Virus record (IMG/VR): IMGVR_UViG_3300025011_000016 | Origin: a virus | Lineage: Duplodnaviria > Caudoviricetes | Reading direction: 5' to 3' (one strand) | Length of the DNA: 64,000 nucleotides | In this document: in pieces, positions 29,374-39,295 of the stretch | Layout: each line of letters starts with the position of its first letter | Position numbering within the stretch: the first letter of the stretch is position 1 | The notes under the pieces: model-generated | What the model was told of the DNA's origin: nothing | The model's database searches: none | The model's input: only the letters and a program-made list of their open reading frames with translations | Position numbers and translations under genes: made by a program

Positions 29374-32300
29374 ATGGCTAATCCCAAAGATAATGATTCG
29401 AATTTAGTCAAAAAAGTAGAAAAACCTTTGGCTAAATTAAATACTCTATTTAATGATATCATGGATACTATTTCGTTTAACACTTTTAATACGGATAGTA
29501 AGCATGAGAAAGAATTACAGAAATTTGCTAAGGAAATTGATGAGGTTGTTTCCCAAGAAATTAAGAACTTAACCACATTTACGGGAGATGACATATCAAC
29601 TTTCTTAGTAAAATTATTTAATGAATATGATAATAATGCCAATACTGACTTTAAGAATATCGAAGATATATTCAATACAAAAGACAATAGTGTTTTTCAA
29701 TTCTTTCAAGATAAATATAAAAATGTAAATTTATTATATGATGATCTAAATATGATCTGTAGTAAATTATCGGAATTAAATGAAGCCGTCTTAGCGACTA
29801 GAGATGCTATTGTAACTTCAGACGATATAGGTCAATCGATAACGCGTACATTGAAATTTAAAGAAGTTGTTGAAAGTAATGAGAATACAAGTTATATAAA
29901 GCTTATTGAGAATATGGAAAAGAAATTTAAATTAACTCAGAAACTTAAGAATCATATCATTCCAAAAACACTTCAATATGGTAAGTATTATGCGTATATA
30001 ATACCATATGCTAAATTATTTGAAAGATATTACAATGATAAGGTAAAAGATGATAGAATGGTTTCCTCTTTAGAGTCATCAGTAACACCTGACTTTATAA
30101 CTGAAGTTAAAGAAAGTGTAAATGCTATATCTAAAACGAATATATTACCTAACGATATGTCTAAAGCACTAAAAGGTTATTTAGAAGGTATTGAAGTTCA
30201 TAATGATGAGATCGCAATTCCAGTTATTGAAGGAATTGATATCAGTATATTATTAGAGGATATGTTAGATGATCCTGATGAATTTAAATCAAATGTTGAA
30301 AAAACATTAAAGAATTCCACTAAGAAATCTAAAGGAAAAACTACTACCGATATATTTCCAGAATCAACTATTAATATGAAAAAATCGAATAAAGATAGTG
30401 ATTTTGTTAATATAAAAGGTTGTTATGTTAAGCTAATAGAACCTAGAAAAATAATACCTGTAAAGATACTTGATCAAGTAATTGGGTATTATTTTATTCA
30501 TGATACAGCATATGATACTCATAAATCCCCATTTACTACAACTATTAAAATGAATCCCGCTAATAATACCAATGATGCTGAAAATATGTTCTTATCTAAA
30601 ATAACAGATAAAGTTGTTAAAGCATTCGATAAAAGTTTTTTAGAAAAGAATATTAAGTTTAAAGAACTTATTATGAATGCTTTAACATATAATGATATTT
30701 ACAAAAAGCAACTAAAATTTCAATTTATACCTAAGGATTATATCCAAGAATTTACCGTTAATGAAGATGAGGAAGGTGAAGGTACATCTATATTAATGCC
30801 TTCATTGTTTTATGCTAAATTATACTTAGCGTTACTTATCTTTAAGATGATGTCTATCATCACTAAATCTAATGATACCAAAGTTAATTATGTAAAACAA
30901 TCTGGAATTGATACTAATGTTGTTAATAAGGTTCAAGAAGTTGCTCGGTCAATTAAGGATCGTCAGGTAAATTTCATGGACATATTGAATTATAATAGTA
31001 TTATCTCTAAGATTGGAGCTAATAAGGAGCTCTTTATTCCTGTGGGCCGCTCTGGGGAACGTGGACTTGAATTTGACATTATTTCAGGGCAAGAGATTTC
31101 CCTGAACACAGAACTAATGGAAATGCTAAAATCGAGCTTCATTAGCTTGACTGGAGTCCCCTCGGTAAAATAATATATAGCCGATGATAAACTTCTTTAA
31201 TTGACGGGAATATCCTCAGAGCTTTAAACTACTAAACTAGTATAGTGATATGCTAAGTGGCTAGGAGTAATTAACCTAGGTATAGTAATAATGTTTAAGA
31301 TTGGATAATCCGCAACCAAGATTCTAATGTTATTAAATATTATTTCTTATATTCATCATAACAGAGCTATAAATATAATTATATGAAAGGATTGTGAGTA
31401 ATGCGAAATATAGTTGAAATATTTAAACCGATTTATATTTATGGTGAACGCACTAATTATTTAGTTAGTGATTGGGGGACTGTAATGAATGGGACTACCA
31501 AGAAGGAGTTAAAACAACGTCTTAATGCTGATAACTATTATGAAGTTACATTATGGGTAAATAATAAAGCCGTTAATCGAAGGATACATAGATTGGTGGC
31601 CGAAACCTTTCTTGAGAATCCAAATAATTATCCTGTAGTAAATCATAAAAAAGGTGGATTAACAGAGGATGGGCAATGGAATAATTGTGTTTTAAACTTA
31701 GAACATACAACTATTTCATATAATACAAAACATGCATATGATACGGGTTTAAAGAACCCTTTAGTTGGAGAGGAATGTGGGTTTAATATATATCCGGAAC
31801 CATTAATAGATAAAATTATCAATAAACTATTAATGGCTATACCACCGGACATTATAGCCGATGAACTTGGGGTAAAAGTATCATTAGTTACAAGTGTGCG
31901 TGATGGATATTCATGGAAACATAAAATTAAAGGTCTTGTTTTTCCTAAACCTGCTTTTGCCCACACTAATGAATATACATATGAATTAAAATTTAAAATT
32001 TTGAATTTATTATATGTGGGTAAAACAACAAAGGAAATTATAGAAAGACTTGATCTTCCGAAAAAAAATAAATTTAAAAGTTTAATCGACAATATAAGAC
32101 GACGAAATATGGAGAGGATGATAATAAATATTAGATGAAGGCCCAACGACTATTGAAAGATATGTTTTCCGTTCAACATATTAAGTAATGTAGATATACA
32201 AGTCAATTAATGGTATATCGAAATATGAGGCAATCCCTTTAAATATAAGGGTTTGAAGATATAGTCTGGTATCCTATAGAAATATAGGGAAGTTCATAAT

Positions 32301-33134
32301 AGAACTGCATTATCTGACGAATAGTGTGAACATATCTCGTATTATGAATTTCATTAACGAAGCAGATCGAGAAATCCATGTCTGCATATACAGTGATGTA
32401 TATTAAAAAACTATTTTAATTGTCGGGGATCTCCTTAATGCTTTATTTAATAAAGATTGGACAATCCGCAGCCAAGATTCTATTTAATAGAATAAGGTTC
32501 AACGACTATCGAAAGCTTTTAATTAAGTTAGTAGAGTAGATTACATATTGATGGTAATCGAAGTGGAGAGCTCCAATATTAAAATTAATTAATTTTAATA
32601 TTGGATGAAGATATAGTCTAGTATCCTAATGTAAATTAGGGAAGTTCATAAGAGAACTGCATGTGAGTTATGACATATGTGAATATATCGTATGCCAAAA
32701 CCCTAGTCATGGCAAATGCTAAGTTTGTCGGTCGAGTTATAACACATCAGGGATCATTTAATGGATCAGTTACTGAATTCTATAAGAAACTAATGGGATT
32801 TGCAACTGAAATACCTGAGAATTTAATCGATGAATTTGAATATATATTTGCTGCACCGAAAACATTAACTAATACTAATCTAACTGATCTTATATCTAAT
32901 GCTGAACAAACTGCTACATTTATTGTGAAATCATTAACTGGTGATAATTCATCCCCTAGTGATGATGATAACTTATTAAAAGATTTGTTATTTAATAAAA
33001 TCTCTAGAGAATTCCTACCAATGATTCCATGGAGTACTGCTGATACAATATTAGAGGAGTGTAAGATAGAATTGGAGAAGTTGAAAGCTGAAAAGAAAAT
33101 GACTACTCCTGAAGGTACTGAAGACGTACAATAA
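29374..33134 (+). CDS. portal protein (T4 gp20-like), 3 exons, about 754 aa
   Basis: Exons 29374-31166, 32340-32367, 32691-33134 total 2265 nt, in frame. ELFIPVGRSG..GLEFDIISGQ...FISLTGVPS resembles the gp20-type pattern. Located in the morphogenesis cluster. Confidence 0.75.
31167..32339 (+). mobile_element. group I intron carrying an HNH endonuclease in P6 (portal intron 1)
   Basis: TCGGT| pairs with GCCGA. Q at ~31306, R at ~32142, S at ~32255. Ends ...TATCTCG. Confidence 0.87.
31401..32138 (+). CDS. intron-encoded HNH homing endonuclease
   Basis: YLVSDWGTV, YYEVTL, IHRLVAETFL, VVNHK, NNCVLNLEHTT..YN. Confidence 0.88.
   Translation: MRNIVEIFKPIYIYGERTNYLVSDWGTVMNGTTKKELKQRLNADNYYEVTLWVNNKAVNRRIHRLVAETFLENPNNYPVVNHKKGGLTEDGQWNNCVLNLEHTTISYNTKHAYDTGLKNPLVGEECGFNIYPEPLIDKIINKLLMAIPPDIIADELGVKVSLVTSVRDGYSWKHKIKGLVFPKPAFAHTNEYTYELKFKILNLLYVGKTTKEIIERLDLPKKNKFKSLIDNIRRRNMERMIINIR
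32368..32690 (+). ncRNA. group I intron, ORF-less (portal intron 2)
   Basis: GCAGAT| pairs with GTCTGC. Full core. Ends ...TATATCG. Confidence 0.88.
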
Positions 33135-33180
33135 AAAAATAAGTCTATGATGGTTAATTCCATCATAGACTTATTTTTAT
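33133..33180. terminator. bidirectional terminator between portal and tube
   Basis: AAAAATAAGTCTATGATGG / CCATCATAGACTTATTTTT. Confidence 0.8.
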
Positions 33181-33183
33181 TAT

Positions 33184-34044
33184 TTAATCTTGAATATTTA
33201 TATTTTCAGAAATTGGCCAGTTTTTGATAACTGGCGCGGTGAGAGCCGCAATTTCAGTCGGAAGATAACCAGATTGTACACTGAGATAGTTTCTTAAAAT
33301 TAAGAACTTGCTTATCAGTGCCTTAGCAACATCATTGATTTGAGGCGATTCGTATTTAGTACAAGTAAATGGAACGTCAACTTGTACGACTGGGTGTGAT
33401 CCGGCCTCATAATTAAGGTGATCTTTCTTAACATTTTTTGGCATCATGTTAGAAAGTAAACATGCATATTCAATATTATCAGTCCGTCCAGTTGGGTCTG
33501 TCGTCACATAAATTGCTTCTGCTGAATGATTAGTCTGAGAATATGAGAGGCTATTGGCGGCAGTCGCCATATCCATCGCCCCATGGTAATGTGCAACACC
33601 AGTGTGGGGGTCTGAAATGCCAGTTATCCACATATCAGTATATTCTCTTACAGGAGAACCTGCAAACTCATATAGTTTTAATGTAATTTCATTTGTTTCA
33701 TCTTTGGCAGTTGTTGCAACGTCAAATGATTTCCCAGCATACCCGCCAGTAATTTGTTCAAAGTCTAAAGTAGTTCCTTGGATTCCATCGACTCCGACAA
33801 ATCCATATTCAAATAAATGCTTTATTCGCTTAGTTTTTTCAGGAAGAACTAGTTGCAAGAACGGTGGCATTTTCACGAAAAATATCCTAGAGTAACCGAC
33901 TTTTAATGGATCATACTGTGCTAAGCTTTTTGATGTTACATCCAATCCACCTAGAAATAATGAATAATCTCTCATATCTTTTTCATGAGTTTTAATACCA
34001 CTTTGTAACGTTCTAACGTCTGTAGTACCGTTCGGTCCTGCCAT
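33184..34044 (-). CDS. probable tail tube protein
   Basis: Co-transcribed immediately after the sheath gene, 286 aa, high-expression codon bias. Assigned mainly by position. Confidence 0.55.
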   Translation of the reverse strand: MAGPNGTTDVRTLQSGIKTHEKDMRDYSLFLGGLDVTSKSLAQYDPLKVGYSRIFFVKMPPFLQLVLPEKTKRIKHLFEYGFVGVDGIQGTTLDFEQITGGYAGKSFDVATTAKDETNEITLKLYEFAGSPVREYTDMWITGISDPHTGVAHYHGAMDMATAANSLSYSQTNHSAEAIYVTTDPTGRTDNIEYACLLSNMMPKNVKKDHLNYEAGSHPVVQVDVPFTCTKYESPQINDVAKALISKFLILRNYLSVQSGYLPTEIAALTAPVIKNWPISENINIQD

Positions 34045-34072
34045 TTTGACTCACTCCTTTACTGTTTATTTA

Positions 34073-36472
34073 CTATACTCGTTTGTTAATATCAATTTCA
34101 ACAATACCACGCTTGGCCATAGTTCGGAAAATAACACTTAGATAACAGTGAATAATACTCCTCTCTTCTTCCCAAGCACTCATATCAAAATATACTTGGG
34201 CGTCTCTACATTGCTTACCGCGGTAATTGCTAAATACTCTATCCGCAGCTTCAGTGAAGTTCTTACGATCTTCAGCTTCGGCGAACTGATATCTTTTAGA
34301 GGCTGTCATACTCTCGACGATACGTTTCATCTCAAGTAAAACATGCATATTATTTTCTTCAGATAGATCTGACCATATAAGTTGCGAAGTGCCTTGTGTA
34401 CCCCGAACAAATGTATTCTCGGCGATACATTCAAAGTAGTTAACTCGGGCCACATATAGTGCTTCTTTGATTTCAGCATCATCGGCGTCTACAATTGGTT
34501 TTAGACTACCTCGAATCCCACCAACCAGTTTACCGAACACATCACCAGCAAGAGGGACATGTTTCCCGACGGTTTTGAAGTGTACTGGTAATTGACCGGC
34601 TAGAAAGTAGGTTGTCGTCACGGGAATACTCTTACCGGTAAATGCATCTCGAATGTAATAATGTTGACATTCTTTAGAGAAGATTCTATCACCAAGACTA
34701 CCAAAAGAGGTCGCCCAATTGATAACCGATGTGTTGGTATTATGAAGCCCAGCATCAACAAATCCATATGCGTCATATCGTTTTAACATTAAACCAACTA
34801 ATGCTCGTTTAACCTCATCAGAATAACACGCATCTAATATTAACTCAGCCGGGGTTTGTCTTTTACTAAGGATTTTAGGATCTGTAGTGCCTTCGAATGC
34901 AGCGATATATGCAGCATCGATTGCAGTTTCTCTCTCAGCCAATGTAGCCACATCGTATGTGAAAGATCCGTCGTCCCCACCACTCAACAATAGACCTTCA
35001 ACGTTGTCGAGGGAGACTGAATTAACACCAGCCGTGAACTCGATGGTCGGTATTACTACTCCAGCAGGCGTTAGACCTGTAATGACATCAAACGTTGCCA
35101 TTGTGATTGTAGTAGTCGGATCGACTGATGTTTTGTATAGTGTTAGTAGATCATTGAACGACGTCTCGCAGACATACATCCCCATTTTAGTACTACCAGT
35201 GTCTGGATCACTTATAACATCATTCATGAACAGAGATGTCACAGCGCTATCAACTGCATCGGGGAAGAATGATCCTGAGAAAATTTCTTTTCGGTGAATT
35301 CCGCCAACACTGTCAAGAACTTCAATCCTAAAATTTTTATAACCATTATCTTTGTCCATTTGTAAGTCAGAGCTTAAGCGAATTCGTAGATCGTTACCAT
35401 ACAATCCTCGGCCTAAAACATATGTGCCGAATAATGGATAAGTTTTAAATCCATCACTATCGGCCACTGTAGTTGCCATTGCATCCACAAGGGTAGAGAA
35501 GTCGGTTTTATCAGCGAAATCTGGAATAAAGACGGACTCATGTTTAATCACCAATTGAGTATTCGCAGGGATTACTGGTGCGGTATCCACTGTTAATTCA
35601 GCAAAAACGACTTCAGTGGCATCTTTGTACGCGGATAACTTAAAGGTATACCCGGTATCAGGAGTCAGCCCTGTCATTGTTCCAGTGAAAACTCCTGTTG
35701 AAATATCCACTGTCGTGGGCGAATATAAAGATCCAGCCGTACTCAATTTTTTATAAAGTCTGAACGCCACTCCAACTTGAGCAGTAGTTAACTTCCAATT
35801 AAATACAACACTAGTGGTTGTTATTGCTCCAGTGCTAAATGCATTTAATACATCTTCTGTAACAATATCCGAATTATATGTTATAACTGTTTTTTCACTA
35901 GGTGCTGATAAAATAACCCCATTTTTTCCAATTATATGATAAGTATGAGTACCTGTTGCAATAGTTGTTAAGTCATACGTGGTGACGACTCCGACTGATG
36001 CAATCTTGGTAACTCCTTCATATATGTCATAACCAGTTGCTCCGACCACAGCCGACCATGTGAATGTGAATTTAGCTGCATCTAAAACTACTTTGAAATC
36101 AGTAGGTGTTAATGGGTCCACTTCCACCACCTTAGCTTTTGCCAATACTACAACATTTGCATAGGTAGCATCATCGGGCATAACCCTCATACACCACGCT
36201 TTAGCTTGAGCCGTCAAAAGGGCGGTATATGGCATATATCCAGACTGACCGAACAATTTATAATTGGGATTACCATACTCTTCCAAATATTTGGAAGATA
36301 CATCAAAAGGCAACAACACTCCATCTCGTCCTTTAGACGAAGTTAGTGCACAAATAAATCTTACACCATCTTGAGGTGGACTAACTACTTCTTCAAAAAC
36401 GGTATTATCGTTAATGAAAGTTTCAGTATGGGGATGTAAATATGATGGTACGATTTGTCCTGTTATCGGCAT
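34073..36472 (-). CDS. contractile tail sheath protein with inserted FN3/Ig-like domains
   Basis: N-terminal HPHTETFINDNT and C-terminal sheath-like region (...YLSVIFRTMAKRGIVEIDINKRV). Internal FTWSAVVGATGYDIY and GLTPDTGYTFKLSAY are FN3-like. Confidence 0.75.
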   Translation of the reverse strand: MPITGQIVPSYLHPHTETFINDNTVFEEVVSPPQDGVRFICALTSSKGRDGVLLPFDVSSKYLEEYGNPNYKLFGQSGYMPYTALLTAQAKAWCMRVMPDDATYANVVVLAKAKVVEVDPLTPTDFKVVLDAAKFTFTWSAVVGATGYDIYEGVTKIASVGVVTTYDLTTIATGTHTYHIIGKNGVILSAPSEKTVITYNSDIVTEDVLNAFSTGAITTTSVVFNWKLTTAQVGVAFRLYKKLSTAGSLYSPTTVDISTGVFTGTMTGLTPDTGYTFKLSAYKDATEVVFAELTVDTAPVIPANTQLVIKHESVFIPDFADKTDFSTLVDAMATTVADSDGFKTYPLFGTYVLGRGLYGNDLRIRLSSDLQMDKDNGYKNFRIEVLDSVGGIHRKEIFSGSFFPDAVDSAVTSLFMNDVISDPDTGSTKMGMYVCETSFNDLLTLYKTSVDPTTTITMATFDVITGLTPAGVVIPTIEFTAGVNSVSLDNVEGLLLSGGDDGSFTYDVATLAERETAIDAAYIAAFEGTTDPKILSKRQTPAELILDACYSDEVKRALVGLMLKRYDAYGFVDAGLHNTNTSVINWATSFGSLGDRIFSKECQHYYIRDAFTGKSIPVTTTYFLAGQLPVHFKTVGKHVPLAGDVFGKLVGGIRGSLKPIVDADDAEIKEALYVARVNYFECIAENTFVRGTQGTSQLIWSDLSEENNMHVLLEMKRIVESMTASKRYQFAEAEDRKNFTEAADRVFSNYRGKQCRDAQVYFDMSAWEEERSIIHCYLSVIFRTMAKRGIVEIDINKRV

Positions 36473-36504
36473 AATATCTCAACCTCCTTAATTGATTTAT
36501 TTTT

Positions 36505-36516
36505 TATTTAAATGTT
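36505..36516 (-). promoter_or_regulatory. late-type promoter AACA-N6-TA upstream of sheath and tube
   Basis: AACATTTAAATA followed by an A-run, as at 47106. Confidence 0.6.
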
Positions 36517-36527
36517 CTTTTATATAC

Positions 36528-37259
36528 TTACATCTTTATTATTTTTTCGATAGGAGATTCAGTTTCTTGTTTATTATAGTTCTTTATGTTCAGAGATGTA
36601 GTAATCATAGAATCTAGATCTTCGAAAGTTAAAGCAGCGAATGTTGAGTTTCTTGCACAAATTTCTCGTATATTCGCTGTTCTATATCCATATGGTGAAA
36701 CTGCAGGATCTTTACCTATTACTTTAGCAAAAGTTTGTTCAGGTTTTTTCTTATCACGGTAAATCTCAGCAATGATAAGTTCAAGAACAGTAGATGTTAC
36801 CTCTATCTTAACCCCATTAAGACTTAGGTTCTTTTGCCAAATACTTAATATTGATCCATATGGAATTGTTTTAGGTATCTTCCCCCTAAATAAGAAATCG
36901 ATAAATAATTCAACATTAGTTGCATCTTGTGCTATATTACTAGCCATTATCTTATTACCTTTATAAAATTTAGCTACATAATAAGACTCAACTTCACCAT
37001 CATCTACAAGTTGTATATCTTTTTTTTCACTTTCTGTTGGATAGATATATATCATTGATGGAATATTAAATGTCTCTAATTTCATAGGTGCACCTTTATT
37101 TGAAAATACTCTGGCATTAAATATCCCAAATACATTTATAGCAGACCCATAATTTTCAGCAAATTTAGACTCGAAGTAAAATGCTGGTATATAGAATTCT
37201 AAATAATCTCCAATGAAAATCATATTCACTCCGTCGTTTTTAATAACATCTTTTAACAA
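36528..37259 (-). CDS. probable RNA polymerase beta'-like C-terminal fragment (candidate virion RNAP subunit)
   Basis: STFAALTFE..........SPIEKII resembles the beta' C-terminal SFxSAASFQ...LKENVI segment. Lies among virion genes. Confidence 0.5.
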   Translation of the reverse strand: MLKDVIKNDGVNMIFIGDYLEFYIPAFYFESKFAENYGSAINVFGIFNARVFSNKGAPMKLETFNIPSMIYIYPTESEKKDIQLVDDGEVESYYVAKFYKGNKIMASNIAQDATNVELFIDFLFRGKIPKTIPYGSILSIWQKNLSLNGVKIEVTSTVLELIIAEIYRDKKKPEQTFAKVIGKDPAVSPYGYRTANIREICARNSTFAALTFEDLDSMITTSLNIKNYNKQETESPIEKIIKM

Positions 37260-37361
37260 TTATATCACCCCCTATAAATTAGCAAAAAAAACATATGGAT
37301 AAAGGCTTAGTGCCTTTATCCATATGTTTTTGTTATTAATAGGAAGTAGGTATAGTTAAAT

Positions 37362-38381
37362 TTAATCTTTATAAAATAGATCAAGAACTCTTTGAATTGA
37401 TTTAATGAAAACATCTTTTGTTTCGATATTTGTAAAATTATCGGAAAAAAGGCTTTTCAAATAAACTGTAAATTGAGTTAGAAAAATACCATCAGTTAAT
37501 CTAGTAGCAGAATCTGTTCTATATGCGAAATATTTAATTACTGCAAATAGAAAAAGATTCGGGTATTGATGATATTTCTCCGGAAGATGTTTTAGTTCAA
37601 GTCCATCAAAACGAGTCAGATCAATTTTTATATTTAATTTTTTCATCGTTTTCATATATTTTTCATACATTCTTTCAGCATGTGATGAATAGTCACGTAT
37701 CGTATTCATTGTACTGAATTTAGTATAATGATTAAATAATGTATTTAAGTGCAATGCATCGTCAAAACTTTCTATACTACATTTAAATTTATTTTTACTC
37801 TCTTCAGTATCGGCATTATCGAAATCAGTTACAAGCTTTTGTCTGATAAATGCAGATAAATCACCGAATTGGGTTAATAAGTTATTTAATTCAGATTCAT
37901 TCTTTGCCATCTCACTCTCCATCATAACGAGACTCTCATCAATTTGAGCAACAGCAATACTGCTTTCTTTCTTATAAATAAGAAAGTCTCGTTTAAATTC
38001 AAAAGCCCTATGATCATTCTCCATCTCAATATCTAAAACTATCGGTTCACCATTCATTGTATATATTAGGTCAATATCATAGGGTGTTAATAATTTAATT
38101 TGTTTTACTGTTAATCTTGATATGGCTCGATCAAGATGATCCGACATCTCATCATTGTTAAGGACATTAACCTGTTTACCGATAATTTCCTCCCGCATGT
38201 CTCTCATATCATCAACATGTTGTTTCATGCCTAATAAATGAAAGGCACTAGTTGTATCAATAATAGGGGTTGGCACTTCCATAGATGGACTCGCTGGAGT
38301 ATATAATGTTTCAATTTCACCATCGGTCATTATGTCACGTACAAAACTACCCTCATCTATTAAATTAATCAATTCACCCAT
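37362..38381 (-). CDS. hypothetical protein
   Basis: 339 aa, GAGAGGGG RBS, coiled-coil middle. Confidence 0.8.
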   Translation of the reverse strand: MGELINLIDEGSFVRDIMTDGEIETLYTPASPSMEVPTPIIDTTSAFHLLGMKQHVDDMRDMREEIIGKQVNVLNNDEMSDHLDRAISRLTVKQIKLLTPYDIDLIYTMNGEPIVLDIEMENDHRAFEFKRDFLIYKKESSIAVAQIDESLVMMESEMAKNESELNNLLTQFGDLSAFIRQKLVTDFDNADTEESKNKFKCSIESFDDALHLNTLFNHYTKFSTMNTIRDYSSHAERMYEKYMKTMKKLNIKIDLTRFDGLELKHLPEKYHQYPNLFLFAVIKYFAYRTDSATRLTDGIFLTQFTVYLKSLFSDNFTNIETKDVFIKSIQRVLDLFYKD

Positions 38382-38441
38382 TTAATTAATCCCCTCTCTT
38401 ATCCCCACACTACTTTAATTGATTGTAATACATATTAGATT

Positions 38442-39194
38442 CTATAAACCTTTTTTTATAAACTTTAGCTTAATATCAGTTTGAATCTCATCCATAACAT
38501 CATCATATTCATTAACTAACAAATTAAAATATGCTGTAACAAAATTACCTGTCATAATACCATTTGTAATTAATTGTTTAATTATACTACCTTCATAGCA
38601 TTCATCATCTGTAACATATTCCATAAAGTCTAGTGCATCAATATCCAAATTAATTATATGCTTTATTATACTTGGTAAATTTGATAATATAATGACATCA
38701 TCTTTATTCTTAACTTGTTTCCGTAATGATATTGACGTCACATCTTTCTTTTTAGGAACTTTATCCATCCTCTCTACTAGAATCTTCTTATTTCTAGTAA
38801 TATAGGTATAGATGTATTTACTAATATTTTTTTTATAACGTAATATCATAAAGTTATATAGTGCTTCTCCTACCGATATTACAAAATTATCAGATTCTTC
38901 TGAAGTATCTATATCTAAACCAAATTTATTATCTATTTCATTAATAACGAAATCAAAAAAGCTTCGTAATGCTGAATTGATATTAATTATAACCTCCATA
39001 TTAATATCTTGATATTGGTATTTAACGACATCACATTTTTCTGTAATTGTATTAACATAGTTAATATTAGTTGATAATGGGTCATTAATCTGATCCCTTA
39101 TATTTTCTTTCATCAAATCAAATGGTAGATCGGTTAATAAATTATCTATAACCAAATCACTACTTACTTCAAAATTTTCATTATCATAAAACAT
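38442..39194 (-). CDS. hypothetical protein
   Basis: 250 aa, AGGAGG RBS, AACA-N6-TA motif upstream. Confidence 0.8.
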   Translation of the reverse strand: MFYDNENFEVSSDLVIDNLLTDLPFDLMKENIRDQINDPLSTNINYVNTITEKCDVVKYQYQDINMEVIININSALRSFFDFVINEIDNKFGLDIDTSEESDNFVISVGEALYNFMILRYKKNISKYIYTYITRNKKILVERMDKVPKKKDVTSISLRKQVKNKDDVIILSNLPSIIKHIINLDIDALDFMEYVTDDECYEGSIIKQLITNGIMTGNFVTAYFNLLVNEYDDVMDEIQTDIKLKFIKKGL

Positions 39195-39295
39195 TGCATA
39201 TTCCTCCTATTTTTAAACATTTCTACTTATGAATTTGTTATATTCATAATTAAAAGATATATAAGTAAGTTTAAACTTACTTATATATCTTTTAA

